A stretch of DNA of 62,374 nt from a virus (Duplodnaviria; Caudoviricetes). Positions 19,005-28,907 of the stretch are shown here, one piece after another (positions within the stretch are counted from its first letter, which is position 1; the number at the start of each line of letters is the position of its first letter). The notes beneath the pieces were generated by a model, which saw nothing but the letters and a program-made list of their open reading frames with translations, was not told the DNA's origin and ran no database searches. The translations under genes were made by a program, and so were the position numbers. The stretch spans positions 1 to 62,374 of the IMG/VR virus record IMGVR_UViG_3300020171_000028. One strand, given 5' to 3'.

Positions 19005-21416
19005 TTATAATATAATCCAATTTGTCCCATTGGATTGAATTTGTATATTATCCCATTGATTCAATGTTTGAGTTAACGCGCTATCAATTGTTTCTGTTCC
19101 AGAAGCATCTACTGTAATTACTCCTGTGCCGGTATTCTTAATATTGTAAATCCTTCCAACTATTCCGATAGCTGTCGGGAGGTAAATTGTAAAAGTATTT
19201 GCGGTACATTCCACTGTAAAATCAGAAGAAGTTAATGTGTATTGCGCAGTTTTTTGTACATAAGAAGTAGAAAACGAACCGGCAGTATGTAGTAAACTAT
19301 TCGGACTCGTCGTCCCGATGCCGACGTTGCCTGCGTTTGAAATAGTGATAGCTTCAATATTACTGCCTCCATTATTTATTCCAAATTTCAAAGAATTATC
19401 TACAGGAAATTCAATATATGACCTATCATTTCCTAAATATTGAGAAATAATTTTATTAGTTCTTTCTATTCCAATATTTCCTGTAACTTCCAGCTTTTCG
19501 TTAGGGCTCGTCGTCCCGATGCCGACGTTGCCAGTTACATACAAATCGCCTCTTGGAACATTAACTGCTTCTTGTCCATAAGGGTCTGTTTGTGTAGAGG
19601 TAATATAAACGCCCGCCCCCCAGAATATTTGTGAATAATTATTACCAGAAAAATCTTGTGTAAAACCTTTTGTTGTACTTCCACTTCTTCCTAGCCTAAC
19701 TCCCCCACCATTGCCTAATATTGAATAAGAACCGTCAATGATTATATTACCGCCAGCAACTTCCAACTTCGCCCCCGGACTCGTCGTCCCTATGCCGAGC
19801 CTACCATTTACTTCATCATAAGCACTAGCACTTCCAAAGAATATCTTTCCTTTTGTTGTATGTGCTGTTGAGCCTAGTGTTAGATTCTCGCTTGCTGCAT
19901 TTCCTCCATAGGCTGTTTGTCCTGTTGCTCTACCTGCTAGTAATAAATATGCTGTTAAATCTGGTGCTCCTGTAAAGTTAGCGTAATCTAAATAATAAGA
20001 ACCGTGTTGTCCATCTAATAAATCAGCGTTAAGATTAGCATTTAGAGTCGTTGATGTTGCAGAATAAGGAGCTGTTCCTGTGGCTACATTGGAGATAAAT
20101 CTACTTCCTCTTGCTATCGCCGAGCCTGCCTCTCCTAAGTAAACATCTGTTACACTCGTATTTCCTAATGTAGCTGTATTACTTCCATTTCCGATAGCCG
20201 AGCGACCGATTACGATTTGGTTTGATTCTCCATTAGCGTTTGACCTTGCGCCTGATCCTATCAAAATTGAATCTGTTACATTAGTTAAGCTACTCCCTAC
20301 TCTATTTTGAATCCCAGCAGCTTTTCCAATGAAAATACTATTTGTCCCGGTTGTTATTGAATTTGCTGCCGATACTCCGATGCTTACTATACCTCCAGTA
20401 TTAACATTCACAAAAAGTGAGTATTTCCCAATAGCAATATTATCTCTATAATTATAATCATCAACCGCCCCAGCTCCTTCTCCTATAAAAACGCTATTAC
20501 CAGTATTCAATACACTTAATCTACCTCTTAAAATAACTGCCCCTTTGACGGAATGAGAAGTTGATAAAAGTTCTAAGTTTTCAGAGGCTCCTGTACCTCC
20601 ATAGATAACCTGCCCTCCAGAACGTCCTGCTAACAAAGCATACTGGGTATGATCATCATTAGTTAAATTAGTTAATCCACTATGGGGTCTTGTGGTTATA
20701 TCTGCTAAAGAAGAAGTCGTCTTATCTATCTGTGCCCAAGTATAATCATTTGCCACGGCTGCTACTGCCCCTGTTCTTCCAAATACACTCAATACAGTAT
20801 CTGTAGGGGTTAATAATTCAGACCAATCTGTCATATCCCCTACACTACCTCCATTTTGAATATAGCTCTTACTTAAATCAGTTCGTATTGCTACATCTCC
20901 TTCCTGTGCAGTTAATGCTAATTGAGCTACTTCCGAGGCTACTACAAATGTTTCTGTAATAGCCAATGCAGGAAGCTGAGCTGTAGGAACTTTTCCATTA
21001 GCATCTAATTCCGCCAATCCACTTACAGCTCCTTTTAGATTTATAAAAGTTTGCACATTTGTAGTTAGGTTTGAAAGATATCCTAATTCAGCAGCAGATA
21101 CTGCAGATACAGCGACCTTACCGTTAACATCCGAAACTAAGGCTTTGCTAGCAGTCAAATCAGAACTCAATATAGATGTGGCAGCGCCGGTAATTGCTGC
21201 CTGCTTGGCGTCCCAACTACTTATTTGGGTATCAGACACAAATCGATTAGTTTCCGTATCGTTAATGTTATCGGTAGTGATTGTAATGTTCCCATCCACT
21301 TGTTCTATTTCATTTACAGAAACCGGCAATCCAGGAATCCCTTGCTCTCCCTGTGGACCCGGTACATATACAGCCACTTGCTGCGGCGTTTGTTCTATTA
21401 CTTGTACTACTGTCAT
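19005..21416 (-). CDS. Long fibre protein (collar/head or tail fibre)
   Basis: Short collagen GPQGEQGIPG, LDANGKVP, VLSVFGRTG, NADLLDGQH, repeated GNVGIGTTSP. Confidence 0.8.
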   Translation of the reverse strand: MTVVQVIEQTPQQVAVYVPGPQGEQGIPGLPVSVNEIEQVDGNITITTDNINDTETNRFVSDTQISSWDAKQAAITGAATSILSSDLTASKALVSDVNGKVAVSAVSAAELGYLSNLTTNVQTFINLKGAVSGLAELDANGKVPTAQLPALAITETFVVASEVAQLALTAQEGDVAIRTDLSKSYIQNGGSVGDMTDWSELLTPTDTVLSVFGRTGAVAAVANDYTWAQIDKTTSSLADITTRPHSGLTNLTNDDHTQYALLAGRSGGQVIYGGTGASENLELLSTSHSVKGAVILRGRLSVLNTGNSVFIGEGAGAVDDYNYRDNIAIGKYSLFVNVNTGGIVSIGVSAANSITTGTNSIFIGKAAGIQNRVGSSLTNVTDSILIGSGARSNANGESNQIVIGRSAIGNGSNTATLGNTSVTDVYLGEAGSAIARGSRFISNVATGTAPYSATSTTLNANLNADLLDGQHGSYYLDYANFTGAPDLTAYLLLAGRATGQTAYGGNAASENLTLGSTAHTTKGKIFFGSASAYDEVNGRLGIGTTSPGAKLEVAGGNIIIDGSYSILGNGGGVRLGRSGSTTKGFTQDFSGNNYSQIFWGAGVYITSTQTDPYGQEAVNVPRGDLYVTGNVGIGTTSPNEKLEVTGNIGIERTNKIISQYLGNDRSYIEFPVDNSLKFGINNGGSNIEAITISNAGNVGIGTTSPNSLLHTAGSFSTSYVQKTAQYTLTSSDFTVECTANTFTIYLPTAIGIVGRIYNIKNTGTGVITVDASGTETIDSALTQTLNQWDNIQIQSNGTNWIIL
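19302..19798 (-). repeat. Three GC-rich direct repeats encoding (G)NVGIGTTSP
   Basis: ctcgtcgtcccgatgccgacgttgcc identical at 19306 and 19507; near copy at 19780. Confidence 0.9.
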
Positions 21417-21805
21417 ATCAATTGTGTTAATTGTGGTACAACTTCCATATCCCCTTCAATGATAGTGGTTATATCTTCTACATCAGAATCATCTGTAAAC
21501 ATAACCACTGTAAAATAATATAACAAAATCGGACGCACGCCTACTGATAAAATAGGAATATTAGCCATTTCATCTGCTGTTTTATAGAAACGAACAGTGG
21601 TTAATGTTGTGCTCACTATTGTTTTCTGAATGGAATTATCGTCTTCTGAGAAAGTTAAAACAGGTTCAGAATCTTTATCCTTCCTTACTTGACATCTCAA
21701 TGTTTTCCCAGTTAAATCTATCCCTGAAATCTGAAAAGTAACGTCGAACAAATCTCCAACGAAAACATTTCTGAACCTTAACCTTCCTACTTCTATTGCT
21801 GGCAT
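21413..21805 (-). CDS. Fibre-anchoring/adaptor protein (BppU-N-like)
   Basis: GD.F…IDLTGKTLRCQVRK…IIEGDMEV; precedes the fibre gene. Confidence 0.55.
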   Translation of the reverse strand: MPAIEVGRLRFRNVFVGDLFDVTFQISGIDLTGKTLRCQVRKDKDSEPVLTFSEDDNSIQKTIVSTTLTTVRFYKTADEMANIPILSVGVRPILLYYFTVVMFTDDSDVEDITTIIEGDMEVVPQLTQLI

Positions 21806-21822
21806 ATTTAATTCCTCCTTTT

Positions 21823-22197
21823 TTACCTATCATATCCTTTTATAGCTTGGATGCTAACCGTTTTTCCTCCTAAGGCAGCTAATTTCCCGGTGGTATCCAT
21901 TGTAACTGCCATCTGTCCATAGGAACTAGCACTCAACCCCATTCCATAAGTTCCGGTGTATTCAATGGACGCTCCTCCTGCTCCTTCTTTACTTGCCATC
22001 CTTTCTCTTGTGACCGAAATTAAATGTGCCGCTACATATCTTTCTAATTCTTTATGTAAGGCAGCAGAAATAGTAGCCGTGCCTAAAGCAGAAGTTACCA
22101 TAGCAGAGGCTCCTGTTATGAAAGATGTAATAACTACGTCGGATAACGATGAATCATCTAAAATTGATTTAACTTCATCTACTGTTACAAGTGCCAT
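21823..22197 (-). CDS. Head-tail connector
   Basis: ELERYVAAHL…SSYGQ; synteny. Confidence 0.7.
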   Translation of the reverse strand: MALVTVDEVKSILDDSSLSDVVITSFITGASAMVTSALGTATISAALHKELERYVAAHLISVTRERMASKEGAGGASIEYTGTYGMGLSASSYGQMAVTMDTTGKLAALGGKTVSIQAIKGYDR

Positions 22198-22199
22198 AT

Positions 22200-22862
22200 C
22201 TAATTCCTCCTACTTTTCTTTAACAAAGGTTCCATAATATTTGGTATCTCTGGATTCCATTCCAACCCTAACCATTCTAATGTTTCGTGTATTTGAAGGT
22301 AGTCCCCGGTTACCATTCTTTCCGGCCATACGGTTTTACAATTAACGCCTTGGGTAATCATACTTACCCAAGCTTCTTCGTATTTATGAATCCACCACAA
22401 CCAAGCCTCCTCCTCAGTTTTGGTTTCAATTAATTTTCTATTTGATTCTTGCTTAAACAAAGTCATGTACGCTGTTTTTACACAAGAATTTACAATATCT
22501 GCAGAACGTCTCCTTACAATTATCCAGCGAGCATCCGGAAAAGCTTCATTCCAAGTCTGCCACATCTGAGTAAGCCAAGCGCCTTTTATCATCCACTGCC
22601 GTTCAATTGCTTCTCCATTGAAAGAGGTTAATACTTTTTCTTTCCAATCTTGGTTTACTTGAGAAAAAGAAGGGAAAGGAAAAGATTCAGAATGTTTCCG
22701 TATGTAATGGAATGTCAACTCTTGTATTTTCCTATGCTCATACATAGTATTGATGGCTCCTGTAGAAACATTGCTTGCTTCTAATATCCGAGCAATCAAA
22801 GCGCTTCCAGAACGGTCTGCACCAGTTACTAATATAGGACTATTTATCTTACTCGTCTTCAT
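22200..22862 (-). CDS. Sulfotransferase-family P-loop protein
   Basis: PILVTGADRSGSALIARIL, WMIKG, FPDARWIIVRR…IVNS. Confidence 0.7.
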   Translation of the reverse strand: MKTSKINSPILVTGADRSGSALIARILEASNVSTGAINTMYEHRKIQELTFHYIRKHSESFPFPSFSQVNQDWKEKVLTSFNGEAIERQWMIKGAWLTQMWQTWNEAFPDARWIIVRRRSADIVNSCVKTAYMTLFKQESNRKLIETKTEEEAWLWWIHKYEEAWVSMITQGVNCKTVWPERMVTGDYLQIHETLEWLGLEWNPEIPNIMEPLLKKSRRN

Positions 22863-23550
22863 CGATACTATATTTTACATACTCATATATCCAACTAATG
22901 TTGGAAGCTGCTTCATAGATACTAGGCTTTCCGTGAAAGCAAATTATAGATTTATCTTCCGGTTTCGTTAACAAAGGTTTCTTCTTTGGTTGAGGTTTGA
23001 AACTACCTATCAAACTAGTATAACTTTGAAAGAATGTTTTCTTGTTTAATGTGGCATCAATGAAATCCTGGTCTCCTCTATAGATTTTCATCCAAGACTC
23101 GGGATTAACTATCCAATTTTGCCATAAATACTCTAATTCGTCTGTGTCTGGAATCCACATCATTCCGGAAGCCATATTCAACGGACGATAAAAGTCATGC
23201 AAACAAATAAATTCGTTCCTTTGTGCTTTCTTTGGAATTATTTTACTGTAATCGCCTAAAATAACCGTATCTAAATCTAAGTAAAGGAAGGGTTTCAAAG
23301 AAGAAATAGCAAAAGAAGGATCGAAAAGATTCATCTTAGACCACCATCCCGGCCATTTGAAATACTCCATAGGTAAGAAATTAATATCAAACAATCTCAA
23401 GGCTAATTTCATTTCATTGTAAAGACAGTATATCTCTACATCCAGATTGCCCTTCCACTTATTCAAATGGTAGGCAAGCAACCGAACATCTTTAATAGAA
23501 TATCTTCCTCCGGATTGTAATACTAACACTATGTTTAATTTCTCTTTCAT
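22849..23550 (-). CDS. Glycosyltransferase (GT8-like, GT-A fold)
   Basis: GWWSKMNLF, YLDLD (DxD), SGMM, GDQDFI, FHGKP. Confidence 0.8.
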   Translation of the reverse strand: MKEKLNIVLVLQSGGRYSIKDVRLLAYHLNKWKGNLDVEIYCLYNEMKLALRLFDINFLPMEYFKWPGWWSKMNLFDPSFAISSLKPFLYLDLDTVILGDYSKIIPKKAQRNEFICLHDFYRPLNMASGMMWIPDTDELEYLWQNWIVNPESWMKIYRGDQDFIDATLNKKTFFQSYTSLIGSFKPQPKKKPLLTKPEDKSIICFHGKPSIYEAASNISWIYEYVKYSIDEDE

Positions 23551-24194
23551 ACCTTCATTTTATAATAGGCCCTTTTCTCCAACTCCATTCTTCCTTTTAA
23601 ATCTATCTTAGAAGTAGTGCCGGCAAACGCTGTTTCAATCTCAACCCCTTTAAAAGTATAAGCATTCCACTTCTCATACAATATCATATCCCCAAACCAA
23701 ACCTTGATGTCTTTTGGAATGTATGTTTTCAAAAAAGTAGTTTTAGTAAGAATTAGGAATGTCCCGTACCCGTGATTCATTTTAGGAGTTTTCCCTGCCT
23801 CAATAACAATATCTCCTTCATACAACCCTTTACTTCTATAACAATTCGCAGAAGGTCCAAATACTTTTCCTTCTAATCCAACTTCATTTATTTTCACTAA
23901 CAATTCTTCCAAATCTCCTTTTATAAGGATATCATCATTAGCTAAAATGATATTTTCTGTATCTGCAAGGGATGCGCCGAGTCTCCAGCTAGGATTCACG
24001 TATAGATTAATGCCTAACCCGATTTTCCTTAGTTTTAACGAACTCAAATTGTTTTCTGGTATCTTATTATTGTTTACTAATAAAATTTCGTAAATCAAAG
24101 GATTTGCCGTATATACATCAAGCATCCTCTGTAACTTTTCATTGTGAAAGTACATGGTCGGTATTATGACAGTATATTGGACTGCTTTTCTCAT
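23547..24194 (-). CDS. Glycosyltransferase (GT2-like)
   Basis: TVIIPT, EILLVNN, NPSW, LANDD, WFGD. Confidence 0.75.
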   Translation of the reverse strand: MRKAVQYTVIIPTMYFHNEKLQRMLDVYTANPLIYEILLVNNNKIPENNLSSLKLRKIGLGINLYVNPSWRLGASLADTENIILANDDILIKGDLEELLVKINEVGLEGKVFGPSANCYRSKGLYEGDIVIEAGKTPKMNHGYGTFLILTKTTFLKTYIPKDIKVWFGDMILYEKWNAYTFKGVEIETAFAGTTSKIDLKGRMELEKRAYYKMKV

Positions 24195-24703
24195 TTCTTT
24201 ATTCCATAAAACTGTAAATCTGTTCCTACTACTTGTAATCTATAATCTTTAAACAAATGCCCCGGCAACTGTCTGTTAAATTCTTTCAAATAAATATTTT
24301 TGTAATATCCTAAAGTTCCTGGAGAAGATTCTGGTTCCTTTTCATGTGTGCCGTGTTCTTTTCTTCCTTTAGTTGCACATGTGATTAACATCAACCCTCC
24401 TTCCCTAAGTAAATCGTACATTGCTTTTAAACTTGCTTTCCAATACTTATCGTGCTCAAGCATTTCTGTACTAACTACGACATCTACTTGCCTAATAGGA
24501 ATGTATTCATGAACTGGAATAACTATATCTACATTCTTTCCTTTCAAAACATCTATTCCTATATACTCACAATCCTCAAACAAATACCGATTAGTTCCGT
24601 TGATATCTAAACTTCCCACGTCGAGGACTTTAGTACCTTTGAAATATTCAGGAAAACATTTCTTCACTTCCTGACAGAATTGTATCTGTTCTTTATGTGC
24701 CAT
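24191..24703 (-). CDS. Class I SAM-dependent methyltransferase
   Basis: VLDVGSLDING, YIGID, STEMLEHD, LLREGG. Confidence 0.85.
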   Translation of the reverse strand: MAHKEQIQFCQEVKKCFPEYFKGTKVLDVGSLDINGTNRYLFEDCEYIGIDVLKGKNVDIVIPVHEYIPIRQVDVVVSTEMLEHDKYWKASLKAMYDLLREGGLMLITCATKGRKEHGTHEKEPESSPGTLGYYKNIYLKEFNRQLPGHLFKDYRLQVVGTDLQFYGIKK

Positions 24704-25409
24704 AAGATAAAGCTTCTTTAAGATTCATTTTTGGAAAATTTTCTATTTTACTTTCTGGATTTACATTTATTATTTCAATTCCTCGAACAATAGCATCTTC
24801 TTTTATTTGAGAAAATCCTCTTATATGCATAGAGAAAGGACCTCCGGCCTTTTCTGTTCTTCTATTCTTTACATTGTCTTTCTTTGGTGCGTAGGCATTG
24901 TGCCAATGCTGTCGATTACTTTCATCCAACTGCATATCGAATCCAAGAAGAAATATTTTCTTTGCTCCGGCATTGGCTGCTACTGAAATTGCGGCAGCAC
25001 CACTATTTAGATTCCAACTAACCATTCCGGGTTCTGAAGAAATTCCAGACGCCTTTTTTCCGTCCTTTTTCAAATACTTGCACCAATCGTATTTAGCTAC
25101 CATTGGATTACAAGAAACCCTGATTCCTCGAAACTGCAATAACTCTTGTTTGAATTTTAGAAAAAATCCATTGTCTCCAAAAAAAGCAATATCTACCCAA
25201 TCCCCTAACATAAAGGCAACATTTACTCCTATTATATGTTTACTATGAAGAGGTTTCATGTATTCAGAATAAGAAGAAAAAGGCATAGTCCCTTGCCTAA
25301 CCGCAAAAACAATTTCTTCCGGGATGTTGAATTGTTTAGTAAGGGAAGGGCCGCCTCCTATTATCCAAACAGAACCTCCACTCCATATACTAGGGACCTG
25401 CCAATTCAT
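24693..25409 (-). CDS. DUF115/Maf-like (MptE-like fold) putative glycosyltransferase
   Basis: IIGGGPSL, IGVN, NSGAAAISVA…GAKKIFLLGFDM. Confidence 0.7.
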   Translation of the reverse strand: MNWQVPSIWSGGSVWIIGGGPSLTKQFNIPEEIVFAVRQGTMPFSSYSEYMKPLHSKHIIGVNVAFMLGDWVDIAFFGDNGFFLKFKQELLQFRGIRVSCNPMVAKYDWCKYLKKDGKKASGISSEPGMVSWNLNSGAAAISVAANAGAKKIFLLGFDMQLDESNRQHWHNAYAPKKDNVKNRRTEKAGGPFSMHIRGFSQIKEDAIVRGIEIINVNPESKIENFPKMNLKEALSYGT

Positions 25410-25411
25410 TT

Positions 25412-25765
25412 CTATAAAACTTTAATAGTTTCTTCTGCTTCTTTCTTTGTCATTGGAGTTTCGTTGATTACTTTTCCTTTTTCATCTACGATATCCCATA
25501 AATACGCTCCGGTTGGGGATTTCTTTTCCTCATTCTTTTGTAAAGAATATTGAACAGGAATTATCTCCTCTACAGCTTCTTCTATTTCAAAAATTTCTCC
25601 TTTTGAGGAAAGGCAGACAATACAATCTTTGAAATTATTAGGAATTTCTTCTGCCCGAGCTTCAAATACTTCATTAGGTTTTATGATTCTTCCCCCAAAA
25701 CGTAAAGAACCTCCACCTTCTTTTCTCCATTTCAATACTCCGGTTTCTTTTTCTACTCTTTTCAT
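25412..25765 (-). CDS. Hypothetical head-region protein
   Basis: Directly downstream of major capsid gene. Confidence 0.65.
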   Translation of the reverse strand: MKRVEKETGVLKWRKEGGGSLRFGGRIIKPNEVFEARAEEIPNNFKDCIVCLSSKGEIFEIEEAVEEIIPVQYSLQKNEEKKSPTGAYLWDIVDEKGKVINETPMTKKEAEETIKVL

Positions 25766-25816
25766 AACATCTTTTATTTCTTGATTAAAAAATTCACTTG
25801 ATTAGTGAATCATTAG

Positions 25817-26917
25817 TTACATAGCCAGATGCGTTACGCCGGAATTGCCATCCTGGTCAGAACGAATCTGAGGTACTTGGATGGTGATTACTTTGTATTT
25901 GTTAATGAACTGACCTTCAGTTTGCCACTGAACGTTTTGAATTCCCATACCTTGTATCAAACGAACAACATCAGAAGTCATTTGAACAAATACGACGTTA
26001 TTGGCAGGAAGAGTGTCGATAACCTTTACTCCTTTAATACCGGCAATCTTGAGAATACGTTCTCTGATTGTGGTTCCGGGAGTGGTAGTATCGTAATCTT
26101 CATCCAAAACAGTTTCGTAAGCGGTAGGAATATAAAGCATCCAAGGACCGTAGTGTTTCGCGTCAATCGAAGTTTGTTTCAAACTCAATACTTCTGCTAA
26201 AATCTGAGCAGCAGTTTTTGCGCTGTCATCCCAAGCAACAGTCATCGTAACTTGATTTCTGTCCGGATGATTTACATAGGAGTAAATAGAATTACGAGAA
26301 CGACTATCTACTGCACCAAAACTATAAGTAGTATTGGTGAATAGCATGTTTTCAAGTTTTTCATTTACTTTTCTTGCAGCTCTTTCAGCTAAAGTGGTAT
26401 CTAACGGATTACCTAAACTACGACTAGCAGCCAATACCCTTGCGTTGATTTCATAATCGGCATGGATAATTGGAATAGGTAAATAATTGTGTTGGAATTT
26501 AGGACGGTCATTCTGTCCTCTTGTCACACCGTCCATTGTAAGGTCAGCGCTCAAAGCATCAGAAACGTCATGCCATTCAAGAACGGTAGTTCCCATTGCA
26601 TTACCTAACTGGTAGGTTAATCCATTGGCAAGTAAGTCAGCAATACCGTTTAAACGGGTTTCTGAAATTTTCAGAATCGCATCATCCAACGTTTTCCATT
26701 CGTCTCTTCTCAAAGTAGCATTGGCTACCATAGAGACTACATAATTCGCGGGGACAGCAGGGTCGCCTCCTTTAAATGTGGAAATAAAAGCTTTTCCAGT
26801 ACCTAAGTCAATGAAGGGTTTCATTGCGCCAATACTAAGAGCTCCATTCGCATTCAAGTGCTCAGCTACTATACCTTGTGATTCTCCGCGTCCAATCAAA
26901 TCTACATTTGCATTCAT
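25817..26917 (-). CDS. Major capsid protein (HK97 fold, encapsulin/linocin-like family)
   Basis: LRRDEWKTLDDA…LPIPIIHADY.INAR.L.ASR…GPWMLY; strong SD; synteny. Confidence 0.85.
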   Translation of the reverse strand: MNANVDLIGRGESQGIVAEHLNANGALSIGAMKPFIDLGTGKAFISTFKGGDPAVPANYVVSMVANATLRRDEWKTLDDAILKISETRLNGIADLLANGLTYQLGNAMGTTVLEWHDVSDALSADLTMDGVTRGQNDRPKFQHNYLPIPIIHADYEINARVLAASRSLGNPLDTTLAERAARKVNEKLENMLFTNTTYSFGAVDSRSRNSIYSYVNHPDRNQVTMTVAWDDSAKTAAQILAEVLSLKQTSIDAKHYGPWMLYIPTAYETVLDEDYDTTTPGTTIRERILKIAGIKGVKVIDTLPANNVVFVQMTSDVVRLIQGMGIQNVQWQTEGQFINKYKVITIQVPQIRSDQDGNSGVTHLAM

Positions 26918-26938
26918 TTGTTTTTCTCCTTTCTTTCT

Positions 26939-27388
26939 TTAGATTATCTTAACTCGGATTTTGGTATCTACAGCACCTGAACCTGATAAATCAACTGCAG
27001 CCATTGCAATACCTACAATCACATTGGGATAATAAATCCCAGTAGAATCTGCCCCGTGGGCTCGTAATTTACCAGCACCGTTGCTTTCTAGGAAATCTCC
27101 GATACTTACATTTTGTCCTGCAGCCAAAATAGCATTCACTTCTTCTCCTCTTTGAGGAACCCAAACTTGAATCTTTGCACTTGCTGCGTAATTGTCAGCG
27201 ATGCCGTTACCTTGTAGTTCATCCTCAAGGGCAAACATAGGTAAAACGTTTCCACCGGCAGTTGCATGAGCCTTAACAGCTCCTGTACTAGTTACCTCCA
27301 ATAACATTCCGGGAGTAATTACAGCAGCAGTTGCGGTATATTCTTCCAGTAAGTCGAGGTACTTTTTCAATTTAATTGTATTTGCCAT
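26939..27388 (-). CDS. Capsid decoration/cement protein
   Basis: Small Ala/Gly-rich beta protein between protease and MCP. Confidence 0.7.
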   Translation of the reverse strand: MANTIKLKKYLDLLEEYTATAAVITPGMLLEVTSTGAVKAHATAGGNVLPMFALEDELQGNGIADNYAASAKIQVWVPQRGEEVNAILAAGQNVSIGDFLESNGAGKLRAHGADSTGIYYPNVIVGIAMAAVDLSGSGAVDTKIRVKII

Positions 27389-27404
27389 AACTTAATCCTC
27401 CTTT

Positions 27405-28907
27405 CTAAGATTGTTTTAAAGTTACTCCTGGTAAAGGCATTGGGGCAACTGTTGGGGTATTCTCAACCTTCGGAGGAGTAAATCTTCCAAATACTGAATA
27501 ATCCACTACAGATTCGTCCACAGTAACTGATTTTGCTAATTTCTGAAGAGTCTCGAAATTCATTGTTCCCAATTCTTCTTTCGACCAAACTCCTTCTTTA
27601 GTGTTCGCCACCACGCTGTCAATTAACTTGGCACGCTGGGCGTTGTAGATATTCAAACCAAATTGCATTTGCTCTTCGAACTCTTTTGGATTTTTAATTC
27701 CAAGTGTTGCAAAAGCTTGCTCTTTAGTTATCGGTTTAGGCTCCACTGTATTAACAGCAGGAGCAGGAGTCTTTGGAACCAATTTATCTAATTGGGCTTC
27801 TTCCAGTGACTCCAACCATTCGCGATCTTCCTCTTGTAAAGCAACTGAAGTATTTGCTATCAAAGCATCTACTTTCTTCTTTACGCAAGGAGTGCATTTG
27901 TTGTCTTCCATAACTAGAATCTCCTTTTTGTTTGTTTTCGTTCTTTTCAAATCTTCCTGAGCAACCGGCACAGGTCGGTATGTAATATTCTGAACTACTT
28001 GCATAGGGGCACCTACCCAAATAATAGAGCCATCATCAGCAACTTGATACGCTTGCTTCCACATGGTTCCTTCGCCATCCATTTTTCGAAGGCGTTTCCG
28101 ATATATTACAGTATCTTCAAATAATTCTACTACATAGCAACTAACCTCTTCGGTATCCATTGCATTTATAGCAGAATACAATCTATCCACTAATTTAGTT
28201 AGACTCTCATCCACTACTAATCTGGAAATATTTATTCCTTGTTTGTTCAACACCTCTAAGTCTTCCGGAGAGATATTGAAATTTTCTCCATTGATTACAA
28301 TCGCTTTCTTCATTTCATTATTTTCTCCTTTCTTTTCGTTTACTCTTATTCCACAACCATCAGCTACAGAGCAAGCTCCTTCCCCAGCAGGGAGTAAAGC
28401 TAAATGGTCTGGTTTCAGGTTGTAAGCAATAGCATTGTATTCTTCCCCTTCCCAAGTTCCTGTCTCTTCTGTGGCTTCCGTAAATGCTCCAATACTCACT
28501 TCAATGATTGTGGAAGTATTGATAGCCTCGTATGCCAATGGAGATACTGCTTGCAATTTTAGAGAATCCAACCAAGCCTCCGCTACTAATTTCTTTGCTT
28601 TCATATGGGTGTTAAACACATACCCAACTGCATTCTGCTCCAATACTTGAGGAGAATTAGCTGATATATAGGTTCCGTTCGTGTCCGTTGGATGATTTAT
28701 AACTACAGGACGCCCGTTCCAGGCATCTGGAATCTTTCCTAATTCTTCTTTGCTATGGAATAAAGCCCCTTTGGAACCTCTATGAACTCCTTCCACCATC
28801 ATCACCACCGGGACTACTATGTATTCCTTTCCTTCAAATGTCTCAACCCTTTTTTCGTAGGTTGGCATCTGGAGGAAATATACATGTATGTCTTTTGTTT
28901 TCATCAT
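27405..28907 (-). CDS. Prohead protease/scaffold (DUF2213-like)
   Basis: WNGRPVVINHP, EVSIG, PDHLALLP.GEGACS..DGCG. Confidence 0.8.
   Translation of the reverse strand: MMKTKDIHVYFLQMPTYEKRVETFEGKEYIVVPVVMMVEGVHRGSKGALFHSKEELGKIPDAWNGRPVVINHPTDTNGTYISANSPQVLEQNAVGYVFNTHMKAKKLVAEAWLDSLKLQAVSPLAYEAINTSTIIEVSIGAFTEATEETGTWEGEEYNAIAYNLKPDHLALLPAGEGACSVADGCGIRVNEKKGENNEMKKAIVINGENFNISPEDLEVLNKQGINISRLVVDESLTKLVDRLYSAINAMDTEEVSCYVVELFEDTVIYRKRLRKMDGEGTMWKQAYQVADDGSIIWVGAPMQVVQNITYRPVPVAQEDLKRTKTNKKEILVMEDNKCTPCVKKKVDALIANTSVALQEEDREWLESLEEAQLDKLVPKTPAPAVNTVEPKPITKEQAFATLGIKNPKEFEEQMQFGLNIYNAQRAKLIDSVVANTKEGVWSKEELGTMNFETLQKLAKSVTVDESVVDYSVFGRFTPPKVENTPTVAPMPLPGVTLKQS

Noticed and set aside
9629-21416. 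Diversity-generating retroelement targeting fibres
   Set aside because: No reverse transcriptase and no TR/VR pair differing at adenines was seen.
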